Assembly: GCA_907165135.1 (NCBI GenBank)
Contig: OU015566.1
Span: 14,446,001-14,510,000, forward strand
Source: Oikopleura dioica
Lineage: Eukaryota; Animalia; Chordata
DNA: 64,000 nt
Direction: 5' to 3'
Shown one piece after another: positions 36,872-51,100 of the stretch. The position numbers were made by a program, and so were the translations under genes. How positions within the stretch are numbered: the stretch's first letter is position 1; each line of letters opens with the position of its first letter. The notes under the pieces are model-generated. The model did no database searches and had not been told where the DNA came from. It was given only the letters and a program-made list of their open reading frames with translations.

Positions 36872-37394
36872 ACCCCTTTCCTTCTTCTTCACTGTATATA
36901 GTTCACATTTTCACCCATCACCTCACTTTTATACTCTTAATTCACTGCCTTTTTCGCCTTACTATGATTTTAAATTAATGTCTTTTCCATTTAGATTGAA
37001 TCAGATTGAGAGCTCACTCGAACTGCCAAAAATTACATCAAGGATGAAAGAAGATATTCTTGAATTGGAAGAATCGAATCCAAAACGGCGAGCACGATCA
37101 ATACTCAGTTTCAATACTCAGAATAATAACTGATAATCAAAGTCTTTAAAAATCTGCTGATGCAACTCCATGCAATAAGTTAATTACCGCTCTGCCCTGT
37201 GGGCTCTCGGACTTGCCTTGCTCTTTGCAGTTATCGGTGGATGCGACGCTTATTAGAAATATCCTCGAAAATGTCATTTTTGTCCACTCTATTTTTATTG
37301 AGATCATAAATAGCTAGTCAAGGTTGACGCATTTTTACAACGCGCTTTTTGGATTAATTTTCTTCGTATAAAAAGAGACATTTTTCTTTACTAA

Positions 37395-38071
<677 letters not shown>

Positions 38072-38735
38072 TTGCGTTGCGCTGAAAATATCTCGAAGGT
38101 TCTCTATCCAAATGACAATTTCTTCGAAGGAAAAGAACTTCGTCTCAAGCAAGAGTATTTCGTTATCTGTGCTACGCTTCAGGACATTGTCAGGCGATAC
38201 AAGAGCTCAAAGTTCGGATGCAGAGATTCTGTCAGAACTCAGGTATTCTTTTCTAATCGTACAAGGGCGTAAGGGTGTAAGGCGCTGAGGTTATGCATGC
38301 ATAACCAGGTTATGCACTCTTAATAAAAATCATATTAATTGATATTTAACAGGTAGTTCAAGTGCGCTTCGCGAAAAGGACCTGTGCGTACACAAACCAT
38401 ACCGTTCTACCTGCTCTCGGCCAGTAAAGATGCTCGAGAATATGCTTCCTCGTCATTTGCAGATCATTTATCTGATCAACGCCCGTCATTTGAAGGACGT
38501 CGCAAAAGGTGAGTACAGTTTTATCCAGTATTGTCTCTAATACAGTGAATAAGCCTTCCCAAATGACTCATCGAAGCTTCGGGAGATGTCTCTGATCAAA
38601 GAGGACGGAGAAAAGCGAGTGAACATGGCATACCTCGCGATCGTTTGCTCACGCCGTCAATGGCGTTGCCGCCATCCACTCCCAGATCATCATCGACGAT
38701 ACCTTCAAAAACTTTTACGAGATGTCTTGCCGACT
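38072..38735 (+). pseudogene. PYG: Glycogen phosphorylase internal fragment
   Basis: [62 protein letters not shown]. Contains deletions and frameshifts. Confidence 0.92.
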
Positions 38736-38799
38736 TGGGAATAAAGCTATGCATGTGCAAAGATGAACAGTTTTAGGCGAAACAAACAAGTGGCAAAAC

Positions 38800-40875
38800 A
38801 AAACGAATGGCACAAAATTCTAGCAGACGTTGAGAAGTTTGAGTTCATGACAACAGTTCAAGTAAGAAAATTCTAGCACCAGAAGAATATTAACCAGCAT
38901 GATTCTTAGGAGTACACGATCCCAATCTTTCTGCAAAACAAAGATGTGATGTGCGAAGCCGTCACCGGCTCTGGAAAGACGCTGGCCTTCCTTTGCCCGC
39001 GCTGCACAAAATGATCTCTTCCGGGGCAAAGGACAAGAACTCCTTCATCGTCATTTCTCCGACCAGAGAGCTCGCCAATCAAACTCACAAAGGTACTATT
39101 CTAATGCTGATTTACTCGTTTATCGGATATTTTCTAGTTTTGCTGCGATTTCTCGATGTTCTTGAAAAGTACACGGCGATGACCTGCATCGGCGGAGTAA
39201 CAAAGATCCAGGAAGACATGGAAATGCTGGAAAAGTCGACTCCAGATGTGATCATCGCGACTCCGGGAAGAATGGACGATTTGATTAAACGATCCGATGT
39301 GCTCAAGGCGAAGCTGAAGACTGTGGAGATGTTGATTATCGACGAAGCGGACCAGGTTTTTGAACCCTTTCCTGCGAATTAACAAAGCCTTTTTTAAGAT
39401 TTTGGACATTGGTTTCGAAAAAGCGATCAATTTCATTTCGTCAAATCTTCTAAAGCAGCGGCGAACCGGTCTTTTCTCCGCGACGCTGAACGAAAACGTC
39501 CTCCGTCTGAAAAAGGCTGGTCTGCGTCATCCCCACTCCGTCTCGGCCAAAGAAAAGCGCAAGAGAACCTGTCCACGCCTCAAGAACTCAAACTGCTCTT
39601 CTCAGTCGTGGAGCCGCGCCACAAACTCAGTTATCTCGTTTCGTTGTTGAAAAAGCGGCGAAAGTCGAAGAGCGTCGTTTATTTTCTCACTTCCGACCAG
39701 GTCGACTATTTCCACCAAGTTTTGAGGCAGCTGGTCAACTATCCAGTGATTAAGTGCCACGGAAAGAAGAACCAGAAATTGAGGTCGAAAGCGATCAAGG
39801 AATTTACCGACAGATCTGGCGGAGCTGTTCCAGGAAACTCGCTACAAAGTCATTTTCTTTGAGGTCACGTGACGTGATTTCGCTGACCAAAATGGTAGCA
39901 AAAGATGCTTTAGACGCTGTTCTTTCCGTCGATATACAGTTTTTCACTGTCATATGCTACAGTTTACCCGCCAGAGGGGTCAAAATCAAGAGGTACTAAT
40001 AAGCGGAACCCTGAGTCAGGGTGCTGATAGAGCTGTCCAAAACTAACGTGCATCTGTATAAAACCCTGACTCAGGTTTCCACACAGGCTCCCGAGCCCTG
40101 AGCATCACTAACCGTTAATTAATAATGTTAAATCTCTGATGATTTCTGAATGTAGCGAATTGTAACAGTTACGACGGATCTGCTCTGCCGCGGCGTCGAT
40201 ATTTCCGGCGGCGTCGACTACGTCATCCAGTTCGATCCTCCAACCTTTGCTCCAAACTTTGTCCGCCGCGCTGGCAGAACCGCTCGCGCTGGAAAAAGCG
40301 GAGAAAACCTGGTCTTGGTGACTCCGTCGGAGCACGAGCAAAACTACCTCGAATTCAAACTCAACCAAAAAGTCGGCGACATGGTCGTGTTAAAAGAAGA
40401 TTTCGAGATTTTGGAACTGGAGAAGGTCAGGGAGATCCAGTTGAAGGACTAGAGGAACTTTGAATACGCGCAGAGGGCGTTCCCGAGCTTTTTTTGTGCT
40501 TACAAAGGTAACTACTGTACTACGATAATGAAATACAGTAACAAATCTTTTCTACAGAGATTTCTTTCGATAACAAATCCATTAGGCGCTGCTCTGATTG
40601 GTCAGAAATGACTCTAATCGGAAATTTTCATTTTGACCAATCAGTAAGCTTGATGGATCAATTCATTATCAAAAGAAGTCGTTGTAGAAGATTTTCTTTT
40701 CTGAAATCGATTTCTAGCGCACGAGTGCAAATACATTTTCCGCGAAAAAGAGCTGATCAAAAGTATTAGTGATTATGCGCTCATGTTCGGTCTTTTGAAA
40801 ATGCCAAAAATGGCCGAGCTGAAGAACAAGGAGTACACTGGCTTTACCAATAGCGACGTTGATACAGCATCTCAA
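38800..40875 (+). pseudogene. DDX55: DEAD-box RNA helicase DDX55/Spb4 copy, damaged and 3'-truncated
   Basis: [68 protein letters not shown] at 40450-40452; motif VI His replaced by Arg; fused to a STRIP fragment. Confidence 0.85.
40010..40105. mobile_element. CCTGAGTCAGG-family MITE remnant in a DDX55 intron
   Basis: ACCCTGAGTCAGGGT ... ACCCTGACTCAGGTTTCCACACAGGCTC. Confidence 0.6.
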
Positions 40876-41185
40876 ACCACGTCCACCAATTTGAATATCT
40901 TTCCCATCACTTGTACGGCTCAAACTGCTTTCCGCTAATCGCCAAGTTTTTCAACCAGAACATGACGGTTTTCGTCACTCAAAGAAATCAAATTCCAAAG
41001 GTGGACTTGCGAAATGCTTTTCGAGGTAATTGACCGTTTTTCGACTTAAAAAAGACCAATTTCTAGGGCTGCCGATCATCCAAGCGCTGATAGAACGAGC
41101 AACTGAAGAGCAGATGCTCTACTGCTGGCGAAACATAATCCCTTCGATTTGTTTCTTGATAATTCTCGTGAAAATCATGAAAGAA
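40876..41185 (+). pseudogene. STRIP: Second STRIP fragment
   Basis: NHVHQFEYLSHHLYGSNCFPLIAKFFNQN.. plus the following intron and exon; homologous to 29745-29990. Confidence 0.85.
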
Positions 41186-41187
41186 AA

Positions 41188-41248
41188 CGTCGTTCTCGAT
41201 TCTCGGCGACGAGAGCAATTCGGAAACTTACTCCTCAATCGCCTGGGA
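41188..41248 (+). pseudogene. PMPCA: ~60-bp PMPCA fragment
   Basis: gtcgttctcgattctcggcgacgagagcaattcggaaacttactcctcaatcgcctgggaa closely matches 31571-31630. Confidence 0.8.
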
Positions 41249-41321
41249 AAAGCCAATCAATCGCCAATCCGATGGAGCAGAACTTATGGAACCACTTCAT
41301 TTTTAAAGAGTTTGAGGACAG

Positions 41322-43440
41322 GGGAAGTTGAGCGAATCTGCCGAGAATCGAATTGCTACGAGCCTGAAAAAGTCAAGAACTTCTTGAAAGAGCAGAAAAT
41401 GTGGGACCAACTTCCTTTGATAATCGTCTGCGATCGATTCGACTTTGTCCACGACTCGGCTCTCCATCTTTACAGAAATAATCTCCAGAAATACATCGAG
41501 ATCTACGTCCAGAAAATTAACTCATCTCGACTCCCTCAGGTCATTGGTGGGCTTTTGGATGGCGACTGCGAGTCAGATGTGATCAAGAGCCTTATCATGG
41601 TTGTCCTAGGTCAGTTCTCTACTGATGACCTTGTTCGAGTAGCGAAACCGATTGAAGCTCCTTCTCCCGTGGCGAGAGTCGCGAATAGCTGAAGACTGCC
41701 AAGAACCCGCCAAGATCTTGCTTTGGCCAAGGTCTACATTGATGCCAACAACCCTTAGCGATTCCTTCGGGAGAATCCGCTGTTGTCGGTAAATACTGCG
41801 AAAATCAAGATCCTCATCTCGCATGTATTGTGTACGAGCGTGGAATGTGCGACGATGAACTCATCAAGGTCTGCAACGAAAACTCATTGTTCAAGAACGA
41901 AGCGCGATACCTTGTCCAAGAAAAGACTCCGAGATATGGGCTTAGGTTCTTGTTGACGATAACCCACACAGACGATCTGTCATCGATCAAGTTGTCCAGA
42001 CCGCTCAGAGGATCCTGATGGCATCTCTGAGGCTATCAAGATTTTCATGGAAGCTGACTTACCAAACGAGTTGATCGAGCTTTTGGAAAAGGTCGTTCTC
42101 GAGAACTCCGTCTTCTCCGATCATCGAAACTTGCAGAACTTGCTCATCCTCACTGCAGTCAAGGCTGATACTACCCGCGTCATGAACTATATCTCTCGAC
42201 TTGACAACTATGATGCTCCAGACATTGCTGAAATCTGCATCAACAATGAGCTCTACGAAGAAGCATTCGCCATCTTCAAGAAGTTCGACGCCACGACTTC
42301 TGCTATGGAAGTCTTGATCAACAACGCCAAGAATCTCGATCGATCGATTCCTTCTCTAGTTCTTATTTTGAAACTAGATTAAAGATAAAATCTTTCAACC
42401 TCCCTAATTTGATTGTAAAGGAGTCTAACTGTCGATTCAGATCCGAGAAGCTTACCTTGAAACGGAGCTCTGCTAATCGTTTGCCAAGACGAACAGACTC
42501 GCTGAGCTTAAAGAGATGTACCAGGCTGTCAAGGTCCTCTACGCCAGCATTTCCAACTTCTACTCTCCTCAAACTTGGCGGGTGTCAGGCTACTGTCGAA
42601 GCTACAAAGAAGGCCAATTCAACCCAAACATTGAAGGAAGTCTGCTTTTCTTGCGTCGAAAACGATGAGTTCCGACTTGCTCAACTCTGTGGCCTCAACA
42701 TCGTTGTCCATGCTGACGAACTCGACGATCTTATGAGCTATTATCAGGATCGTGGATTTTTTGAGGAACTCATCACTATGCTCGAAGGCGCCCTTGGCCT
42801 CGAAAGCGCTCACATGGGCATTTTTACAGAGCTCGCTATTCTTTACTCGAAGTACAAGCCTGAGATGATGAAGGAAAACCTCGAGCACTTTTGGTCTCGT
42901 GTCAATCTTCCAAATGTCCTCCGAGCTGCCGAGACTACTCACTTGTGGGCCGACCTTTTCTCCCTTTAGGATAAGTACGAGGAGTACGACGACGCCATCT
43001 TGACAATGATGAAGCACCCAACTGTCGCCTGTAAAGAGGGACTCTTCAAGGACATCATCAAAAAGGTCGGCAACATCGAGCTTTACTACAAGGCTCTCGA
43101 GTTCTACATCGACTTCAAAACTCTTCTTATCAACGACTTGCTCAATGCTCTTAGCCCACGAATCGACCACACCCGAACTGTTACCAATGTTATTGGCCTT
43201 GCTCTTCGACTTAAAAAGGTCTAACTCCTCGAATTCAGACGTATTGCTGCTTATCTTTACAAGAAGAACAACAGGTTGGTTTCTTTTTAGTAAACATTTC
43301 TTACCGATATTTCTGTAGATAGGCAATCTGTCGAGCTTTGCAAGAAGGACGATCTTTTCAAAGAGGCAATGGAGTACGCTGCCGAAAGCCGTGATACCCA
43401 ACTTGTGGAAGAACTTGCGAACTGGTCCCTCAAAAAAGAA
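41322..43440 (+). pseudogene. CLTC: Clathrin heavy chain fragment (central and distal leg), multiple lesions
   Basis: [101 protein letters not shown]. Stops, frameshifts and internal deletions. Confidence 0.95.
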
Positions 43441-43619
43441 CCTATTTTTTGCAATGGACACGCTGTGCAATTACTCAACATCTTACAGCAGCTTCTCTTA
43501 GTTCAAAGACGAATTCTTTTCTAGTTATTTATTATTCCAAATAAACCTGTGAAATAAACAAGTTCCAAAGACAAACATTATTCCAAAAAAATACATCACT
43601 CTGATTTTAGAAAAATGTC

Positions 43620-44640
43620 GCATTTTATGGGCGATTTCATGAAATCGTCCGAGAGTTAAACTAACCCTTACTTCAACGATGGTGGCACTGGAATGCCTCC
43701 GACCGAGGAGGAGATGATGGAGAAACAAAGAAAACCAGAGAAGAAGAAGCAGGAGATTAGCTATGGAGACGATGTGGAAGCGATGTGGGCGGAGTGAGAG
43801 GCAGAAGTTGAGCCTGAAAGTAGGCCTAAGAAAAGATCCAAGCATGAGGGCAAATGTAAGTCACTCTTATTGGAGTATAATTATACTGTTTAAATTATAC
43901 CTACTATATAATTTATACTGTATAATCTATCTAATATTTAGCTGCTGCTGAAATCAAAGAAATCAGAAACAAACTCACTGGAAAGCTGATGCGTGCCGAT
44001 CTCAAAGGCAACAAAGAAAAAACTGCGAAAATTTAAAAAGAAATCGACGAATTACCAGATGAAAACACAATCGTCGTTCAAAAATACGATGCCCGTGGTC
44101 GAATCCGTCCAAGTAACCAGAAACGCGAATCTGATATTTCTGCTCTTCTTCGTGATGAAAAGAATGACGATGGAGGAATGGGTTAGTTTAATGATAGTCT
44201 TCCATGTCTTCAAGGTCTTTTTTTAGCTTCGGATATGGCGCTGAAGAAGAACTCTTCGACGGCACAAAGACAAGAGGGAAAAAAGAGAAGCCTCATGCAG
44301 AAGAAGACCGTGAACGAGCAAAGAGCAGGATGATTCATAGAAGCCTCGAAAACTGTCGGTTTTGCTATTCGAATAAGGTAGAGAGTGAACGCAATTGAAA
44401 GCAAGAATTGACGTATTCTTAGAAACTCCGCGACTCAATTTGCTGGGTTGGCCAACACGTGTACCTTGCTCTTACAGGCTCTGAACCGATGGCAGAAGGC
44501 CACTGCATCATCGTTACAAAAGAACACTATCGAAATCTGCCGTCATGCGATGAGGATGTCGCACGCGAGATCCTCAACCTGCGAAGAATGCTTACTGGGT
44601 ATTTCAAAGCAAAGAACGATACAGAATTTTCCAACGATTT
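43620..44640 (+). pseudogene. CWF19L2: CWF19-like protein 2 fragment
   Basis: LENCRFCYSNK, MYLALTGSEPMAEGHCIIVTKEHYRNLPSCDEDVAREILNLRRML. Stops upstream; truncated. Confidence 0.75.
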
Positions 44641-44887
44641 TTCCAGCAACTGGCTTATGCGCCGCCGAGTCTGCGATTTATCGCTGCTATGCCGTCTGAT
44701 GCACACGAGAAGAAATTCGTTACGCACCCGGTAAGTTTTTAGACAGATAGAAAGTCCCGTGGTTTGTCTTTTGGACGCGCCGTTAAAAGTTTTATGTTTT
44801 TCTTGAATACGCGATTTTGAATCGATGAATCTGGGTTTACGACGTATTCTGATCAATTACTACTCGACTGACCTTATTCTTTCCAGG

Positions 44888-45221
44888 GAGATCTAATCGT
44901 CACAGCTACCGATGGTCTGTTCGACAACGTCCCCGACGAAGTGCTTCTCCAGGAACTCTCGTATCTTCCCCACGCCGATCAAATCCACACTCAAGGTCTG
45001 CCTCCTCCTTCCTCTTTCAACCCTTTAACTCCGCTTCTTCAGATCTGGAGCGCACGGCAAAGTGCCTGGCCTCGCGCGCGCACAAGAACGCGCTCAACAA
45101 GTCGTACGTTTCTCCCTCCGCGCTCGCCGCCAAAAGCGCTGGCTTCCACTACACCGGCGGCAAAATGGACGACGTAACGGTCATCGTATCCGTTGTGTCT
45201 GACCTCGGCACTGAAGTGTAG
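44888..45221 (+). pseudogene. PPTC7: PP2C-family phosphatase PPTC7, C-terminal fragment
   Basis: GDLIVTATDGLFDNVPDEVLLQEL..GGKMDDVTVIVSVV..*; N-terminal part absent. Confidence 0.85.
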
Positions 45222-46269
45222 CTTTTTAGCTTTTCTTTTCTTTTTTCTAAAACTTCCGTCTAAAAATTCATGATTCAAAATGCTCTCTTCGCCTTTCTCT
45301 CTCGTCTTTGTTTATTCTCTTTCTATCAACATATTCTTCTCTACTGAAATTTCCAAGGCCTACTTTTGACTTCATTTAAATTGAAGAACTAATGATGAAC
45401 AAACGGGTTTCTGACCCCTTTTTTGAGGTGTTCAACTTTGCCTTTTCTTGGTCCTTGAAGATCAAGCTGTCAATTCTTCAGCATTTATTTATTTAGGATG
45501 TTTTTAAAATGAAACAGTTTTGGCCTTCTTTTCTGGTGCCAAAATGACTTTACTCCTTTCTCCTTCGAGAAAGAAAAAATACTCTCATTTCAAAATTGAA
45601 AACTCTCCCAAAACAACATATTCTCTTTTACCTCGTTGCTTGTGCTACTATCAAACCATATTTTTCCCAAGTCAAGTCCCGCGGAGAACAAACTCTAGCG
45701 ACATCTGAACGAGAAAACGGTTCGGATCAGGAGTTTCCCGCGGCCGCTTGATTTCGGAATGAAGTGAAACTTGAGTGGTTACGAATTTAACTTATTTATT
45801 TGTATAAAGGAATACACTATTCGAAAATTGAAAGCTTTATCTGTTCTTTGCTGTTGTAGTAACAGCAGCTTGTTTATTTTGACGCATTTTTATAGCACAA
45901 TTTTTGAAGCACTGCAGTTTGAAAATTATTCTAGAGCTCGTCATGATGAAGTAGGGAGCTTCCTCAGTGCGTAGCAGGCGATTCAGTCAAGGCATCATAA
46001 GCTTTTGCCCGTTTTTCTTCTTGATAAACCGTCTCTATCGAGAAGATCGAGCAGGGCAAAAATATCATTTTGCAGCAATTCAACGACAAACTGTATTTTT
46101 CAAACTTCCCGTCTCTTTGACATTCGAGGACCATCGTCCACTTTTCTAACCTTCTATTTTTGTAGAGCCGTCAAGACAAAACTCTTAATTCTTCTTTGAT
46201 ACTGAAAAAACAATCAAAAAAAGCATGTCTGATATTTAGAAAAGAATGAAATGAGCGGAATCGAGTATT

Positions 46270-46760
46270 CAGAAATTCTGGATCGCTCGAACGCATGGCT
46301 CGCGGGAAATAAGCGAAGGTACTGAGGACCAAGGATTAGTGTAACTAATGAACTGTCTAGTGAAGGAAGTGTTCTTCATCAGCAACATTCTGCAATTCGA
46401 AATGATCCACTTCATCGGCCAGCTGCAGTACTACATTCACTTCGAAATCAGCGAGACATCTTGGGCAGTCTTCGCCGAAAAGGTAAGTCCTTCTTGGTCG
46501 CACCAAACCGGATCATTTGCAGGTCGAGATTTAGCAAATGACCTGAATGAAGTGATCATCGCGCACAATGCCTTCCTCAACGAGCTGGAACAGGGCTAAC
46601 TGCTCGCGGACTCTCTCTGGGACAAGATAAAATCACTCAGAATTGCGAACATCTTTTGCCTCCATTGCCAAATCAAGTGCCTTTTCCGAGGATGATGAGC
46701 TGCTAGAGAAAGAACGCAGAAACTCCTTCAAGAACGAAATGTTCAAGCACAAGGTAAAAA
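46270..46760 (+). pseudogene. TUBGCP3: Gamma-tubulin complex component 3 (GRIP2 domain) fragment
   Basis: FEMIHFIGQLQYYIHFEISETSWAVF..DLNEVIIAHNAFLNELEQG*LLADS matches GCP3 [31 protein letters not shown]; in-frame stop. Confidence 0.75.
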
Positions 46761-47611
46761 AGAGATTCAATTCAAAATGTAACGATTTCCCAGTGTTCGG
46801 TGACCACCTGCCGGACGACTTACCAGAAAATCCTCCCAGCCAGTCCTTTCTCTTCATGTGTCCACACGCGGCGATGCTGCTCAAAAGAAGAATTCAGAAG
46901 TGCCCCTACAGTGTTGACAAGTACAGTTACACTCGAAAAGCTGAAAGTTTAATCTAGTTTCTTAGGCAATTAGCGCCCCTGACGAATATTTTGATGAACC
47001 TCTCAGTTTCGCAGCTGCAGGAAACGCTGCTGGAAAAGTGACGCAATGGGAAATCTCTGGAAAGGACATCTTCGACCTCGATTACGATATCGACGATTCC
47101 ATCGAGGTAAAAACGGCTGTTTTTCAGTGGTCATCAATTTGATCGTTTTAGTGTATTCCAGACGTAACGATGGACAACGAGTCGGGAATGCACGAGCACT
47201 GGATGTTCTTGAACAAAGAAGTCACCGTTTCCAGCGAAAAACAAATCGGCCAAAACCCGAAGTCGTTTATTTGTTCAAAGATATGGTGGATTTCTGGTGA
47301 GTCCAATCGAATCTATTGACAGGACCCCTAACGCTTCTGACTAGTGACACGGCGAACGATGAAATGATGAAGGTGTCGCATAGTTTGTACGCGGCGCTGC
47401 TCATTCACGAGCCCCTCCACTCTTTGGTGGAGCAATTCGAGCGCCTCTTTCCCGAACTGCGCCTTTCCGGCTTCCGAGAGAAGCTCGAGCCCAGATGCGC
47501 GTCACTCTTCGCAGCAGAGAGCATTTCGCTGACGATGATCGAAGTTGTCGACTCGTTGCTGTCTGCCGCCTTTCCCAGCGTGGAACTGTTCTTTTCCTTC
47601 CTCATTCCATT

Positions 47612-47955
47612 GCTGCCTGCCTCTAACCTGTTACGACCTCATGCGACCCGACGTTGTTCTCGAGCAATCGTGGGGAAACGGAATCCAGGACTTTGCCATG
47701 CCTTACTTTATCTAGGTAACAAATGATGATGATTTTTATGCTTATCTTGAATAAGCCGAAGAGCCCGAGCAGCCGATGATCATGGCGCCTCAACTCATGT
47801 TGGCGAACTCTGCACATATGCCCGGCATGGCAGGAGCACCGGTAGAAGTCCTTCTCAAGTTTTATTTTTGATAAACTTTTCAGAATCCATTCGGTCAACC
47901 TGAGATTGGGTTGCCTGCCAAACTAATTCGGTGGAATGCCTGGACAATTCAAAGC
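47612..47955 (+). pseudogene. CLTC: Clathrin heavy chain C-terminal fragment, continuation of 41322-43440
   Basis: [33 protein letters not shown] then EPEQPMIMAPQLMLAN; matches [37 protein letters not shown] and PQLML. Confidence 0.88.
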
Positions 47956-48141
47956 TTTTTCTCAACTGATTCTTTCTTTCTACTTTTTGATTCGTCCATG
48001 TCTAAACGATCATTTTTTATCTGATCGAGAGACTGCGATCAAGGCGAGTCGGAGCATCATTTGAAAATACTCATTTTTCGAGAATCGAGTAGAGAAAGGA
48101 TCCCATATTTTTTGTTCAGACAGTGCGCTATCGGATTGAGA

Positions 48142-51100
48142 ATGAAACGAAAAGAGAGTGATGAATCCCCTTCGTCTGGCCGATCTGGACGAAAAGAGAG
48201 TGATGAATCCCCTTCGTCTGGCCGATCTGGAAGAATCAAGCAGCCAGTGAGCGCAGCATCTGTCAAAACTTCTCAAAAAGATTGTAAGTGGAAATGTTTG
48301 GTGTAATTTTAAACAACTGAAACTAGCACAAGGATCGAAAAATGAGCCCGCTCGAACGAGATCTTCACAAATTCATGTTCATCTAACCCCAGAAAAATCA
48401 CAGGCGACCACGCAAGAGAGCTTGGAAGATTCTCAAAGACTATCTCAACTGAGCCGTTACGAGATGATGGAACGAGCTGCTGAGTTTTCGCAGCCTTCGC
48501 CCTACTTCAAATCGCCGGAGAAGACTTCTAACAACTCGAAGCTGGCCTCAGATCTTGATCCCGACCAACCAAGTAAGCGATCAAATAAATATTGAAAATA
48601 AACTCGAATTATAGCGCCGATAAGCGACGATCCCCTGGAAGGAATTGAAAAATTGACCCAAGCTGCTCTTGCGTCTTCTCAATCGTCTGAGAATACTCTG
48701 CGATCCGAAGAAGGGATCGCTGGAATTTCCGTATCATTCAGTGGTGAACTATTCAATGATGAAGTGCCTTCGGATCCAGAGATCTCCCTCTCCGTCAGCG
48801 GAGAACTTTTCGATGATGAGCTGCAGCCAATGGATACTACGCAGATTTCCCAGCAAGAAGAAGACGAAGGGAACTCTTCTCAAGGATCCTCCGTCTACGA
48901 AACGCCTGAAAAGAGTCTACCAAAAACGCCCAGTAAGACTGATCAATCAGCACCCGCTTCACCTCCACAGCCCCCGAGAAAGCTTCGTCGAAGCCTCTTC
49001 AATGAAAATCAGGAAGAACCGATGGATACCCCGGAGATAATCATGGCGTCCTCGGGAGATACGACAGGGAGATCGAAAAAGGTCGAAATGAAAGATTCCT
49101 GGTCACAGGTTTCTGGAGAGACGCTACGAGAGACTGAAGGGAGAAAAAGAAGGACTCACGATGTGCAGAACTTATGCGCCGAAGAGTCTCAAGGAGAGAG
49201 GAACCAGACTCAGCGAGTGGGCGATCTTCTAAACCACTCAGCGCTTGTTCTCGACTCACAACAGTCAGCACAAACAACTCAAGCTCAACATGAGTCAACA
49301 TCGGCAACTCAAATCCAACCTCGACAAAAGTCACAAGGGACTAACAAAATATATTTCCCGCCTCCCACTTCTTCAACCTTGAAGCAAGCCTCAGCGACAC
49401 AGAAGACTTTCGACGAGGATTTAGATGACGATTACTTTGCGAAGCTCAAATCGCCGACGAGGAATGCTGATATAAAGAAAATTAACAAGCAAGCAGATCA
49501 GGCTAAACAGCAAAAAAGGGTTAATAGAAGAATGCCGCGATCGAGAGCAAAACCAACTCGTGACGAGGTGAAAAAATCGGTGGCTGAAGCCTGTCGCAAA
49601 GCACAAGCTGGCGGAATTAGTCGACGTCTGGAACTCGCGAGGGCTTTTATTTCAAGAAGAAACCGAGCACGAGATTCGAGCGATCCCTTGAATCGAGAAC
49701 TCGAAAATGCGACTTCTTGGGAGCCAAAAGTACCGAATGCGAATTTTTCTCAAAAAAGAGTTAACAGAAAAATGCCGAGATCGACAGCAAAACCAACGCG
49801 TGATGAGGTCAAAGAATCGGTGGCTAAAGCCTGTCGAAAATTACAAGCTGGCAGTATAAAACAACGTCTGGAATTCGCTAGAGCATTTATTTTGAGAAGA
49901 AAGCGAGATCCGAACGATCCCTTGGAACGAGAACTTGAAAAAGCGACTTCTTGGGAGCCAAAAGTACCGAAGGTGAATTTTTCGAAGCCCGTTCCAGGAT
50001 CATCAAGCCGTTTCAAAAAGCGTCTTCCAGTAGCGGAAAAGCTTGCTAAAGAAAAACCGACCCCTTCGAAATCTAAAGCTTCAAAATCCCTAACCAAAGA
50101 ATTGAGTGCGAAACCGAAGGGAAAGAGGAATGACGAAGCGGAGAATCAACCAACGTGCAGCAAGAATTTAACACCTCCAGCGATGCCACAAGATGTTGAT
50201 CTTTCTAGCTTCTTGGACTCGAGCGAGGATGAGGAAGTTCGTCGAGAAGTTTCGCGAGAAGAATGTGATGAAAAAACAATCATCATCAAAGATGCAAAGA
50301 ACATTCAGGGCCGCATTGGGTTCAGGCTTAACGAATCGAGCGAAGCAGGAATCTACATCAACGGGATTATCCCGGGGTCGGCAGCAGATAAAGCTGGGCT
50401 TCGTGTTGGAGATACTCTAATTTGCTTCAACGGTGTGAAATGCTCCGTCAAGAGCAAAATCAAGCTGTCTATGCTGCGAATAGTCATTGCCGAAACGGCA
50501 ACGGAAGACTTCGAATTCAAAGTTATTCGCGATGTGTCCGACCAGTATTCGCAGGAAGAAAACGTTGACACATCGGAAGTTTCAGACATTCCAGATGCAG
50601 AGCCTGCAAAAGAAAAACCGGGACCATCGAAATCTAAATCTTCGGAATCGCAAAGTCAGGAACGCTCGCAGCCACGAGAAGAGCAGGAGTCAGCTCATAA
50701 CTGGTCGCAGCAAGTTCTGTTCGATGAATCTCCGGAGGATCGACAAGCTCTATCGCCTGAATATGATCAGTCCCCACCCGCGCCAATTGACAGAGAGGAC
50801 GTTCGCGAATCTATGTTTCCCACCTCAAAGAAGAGAAAGCTTCAGACTCCTGAAAAGGACGCGCAGGGCGAAGCAAGCGCTAAAGTTCAAGCAGCGAAAA
50901 GGAGCAAGCACGAGAAGGAAAATATAACGCCTAAGAAAAGCGCTTCAAAGCCGACGACTCTTACGCCAGCTGTGGATAACACCAATGTTCGTCGTCCAGG
51001 AAGAGATGCCCTGAGCGAGATTTCGGACTTGTCTTCTGCATTTGATAATGACAGTCCAATTAGAGGCGTCGGAAAGATGAAGCAAAGTCAAAAGAAAGCT

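Noticed and set aside
42619-43470. 283-aa minus-strand ORF
   Set aside because: Antisense shadow of clathrin heavy chain coding sequence.
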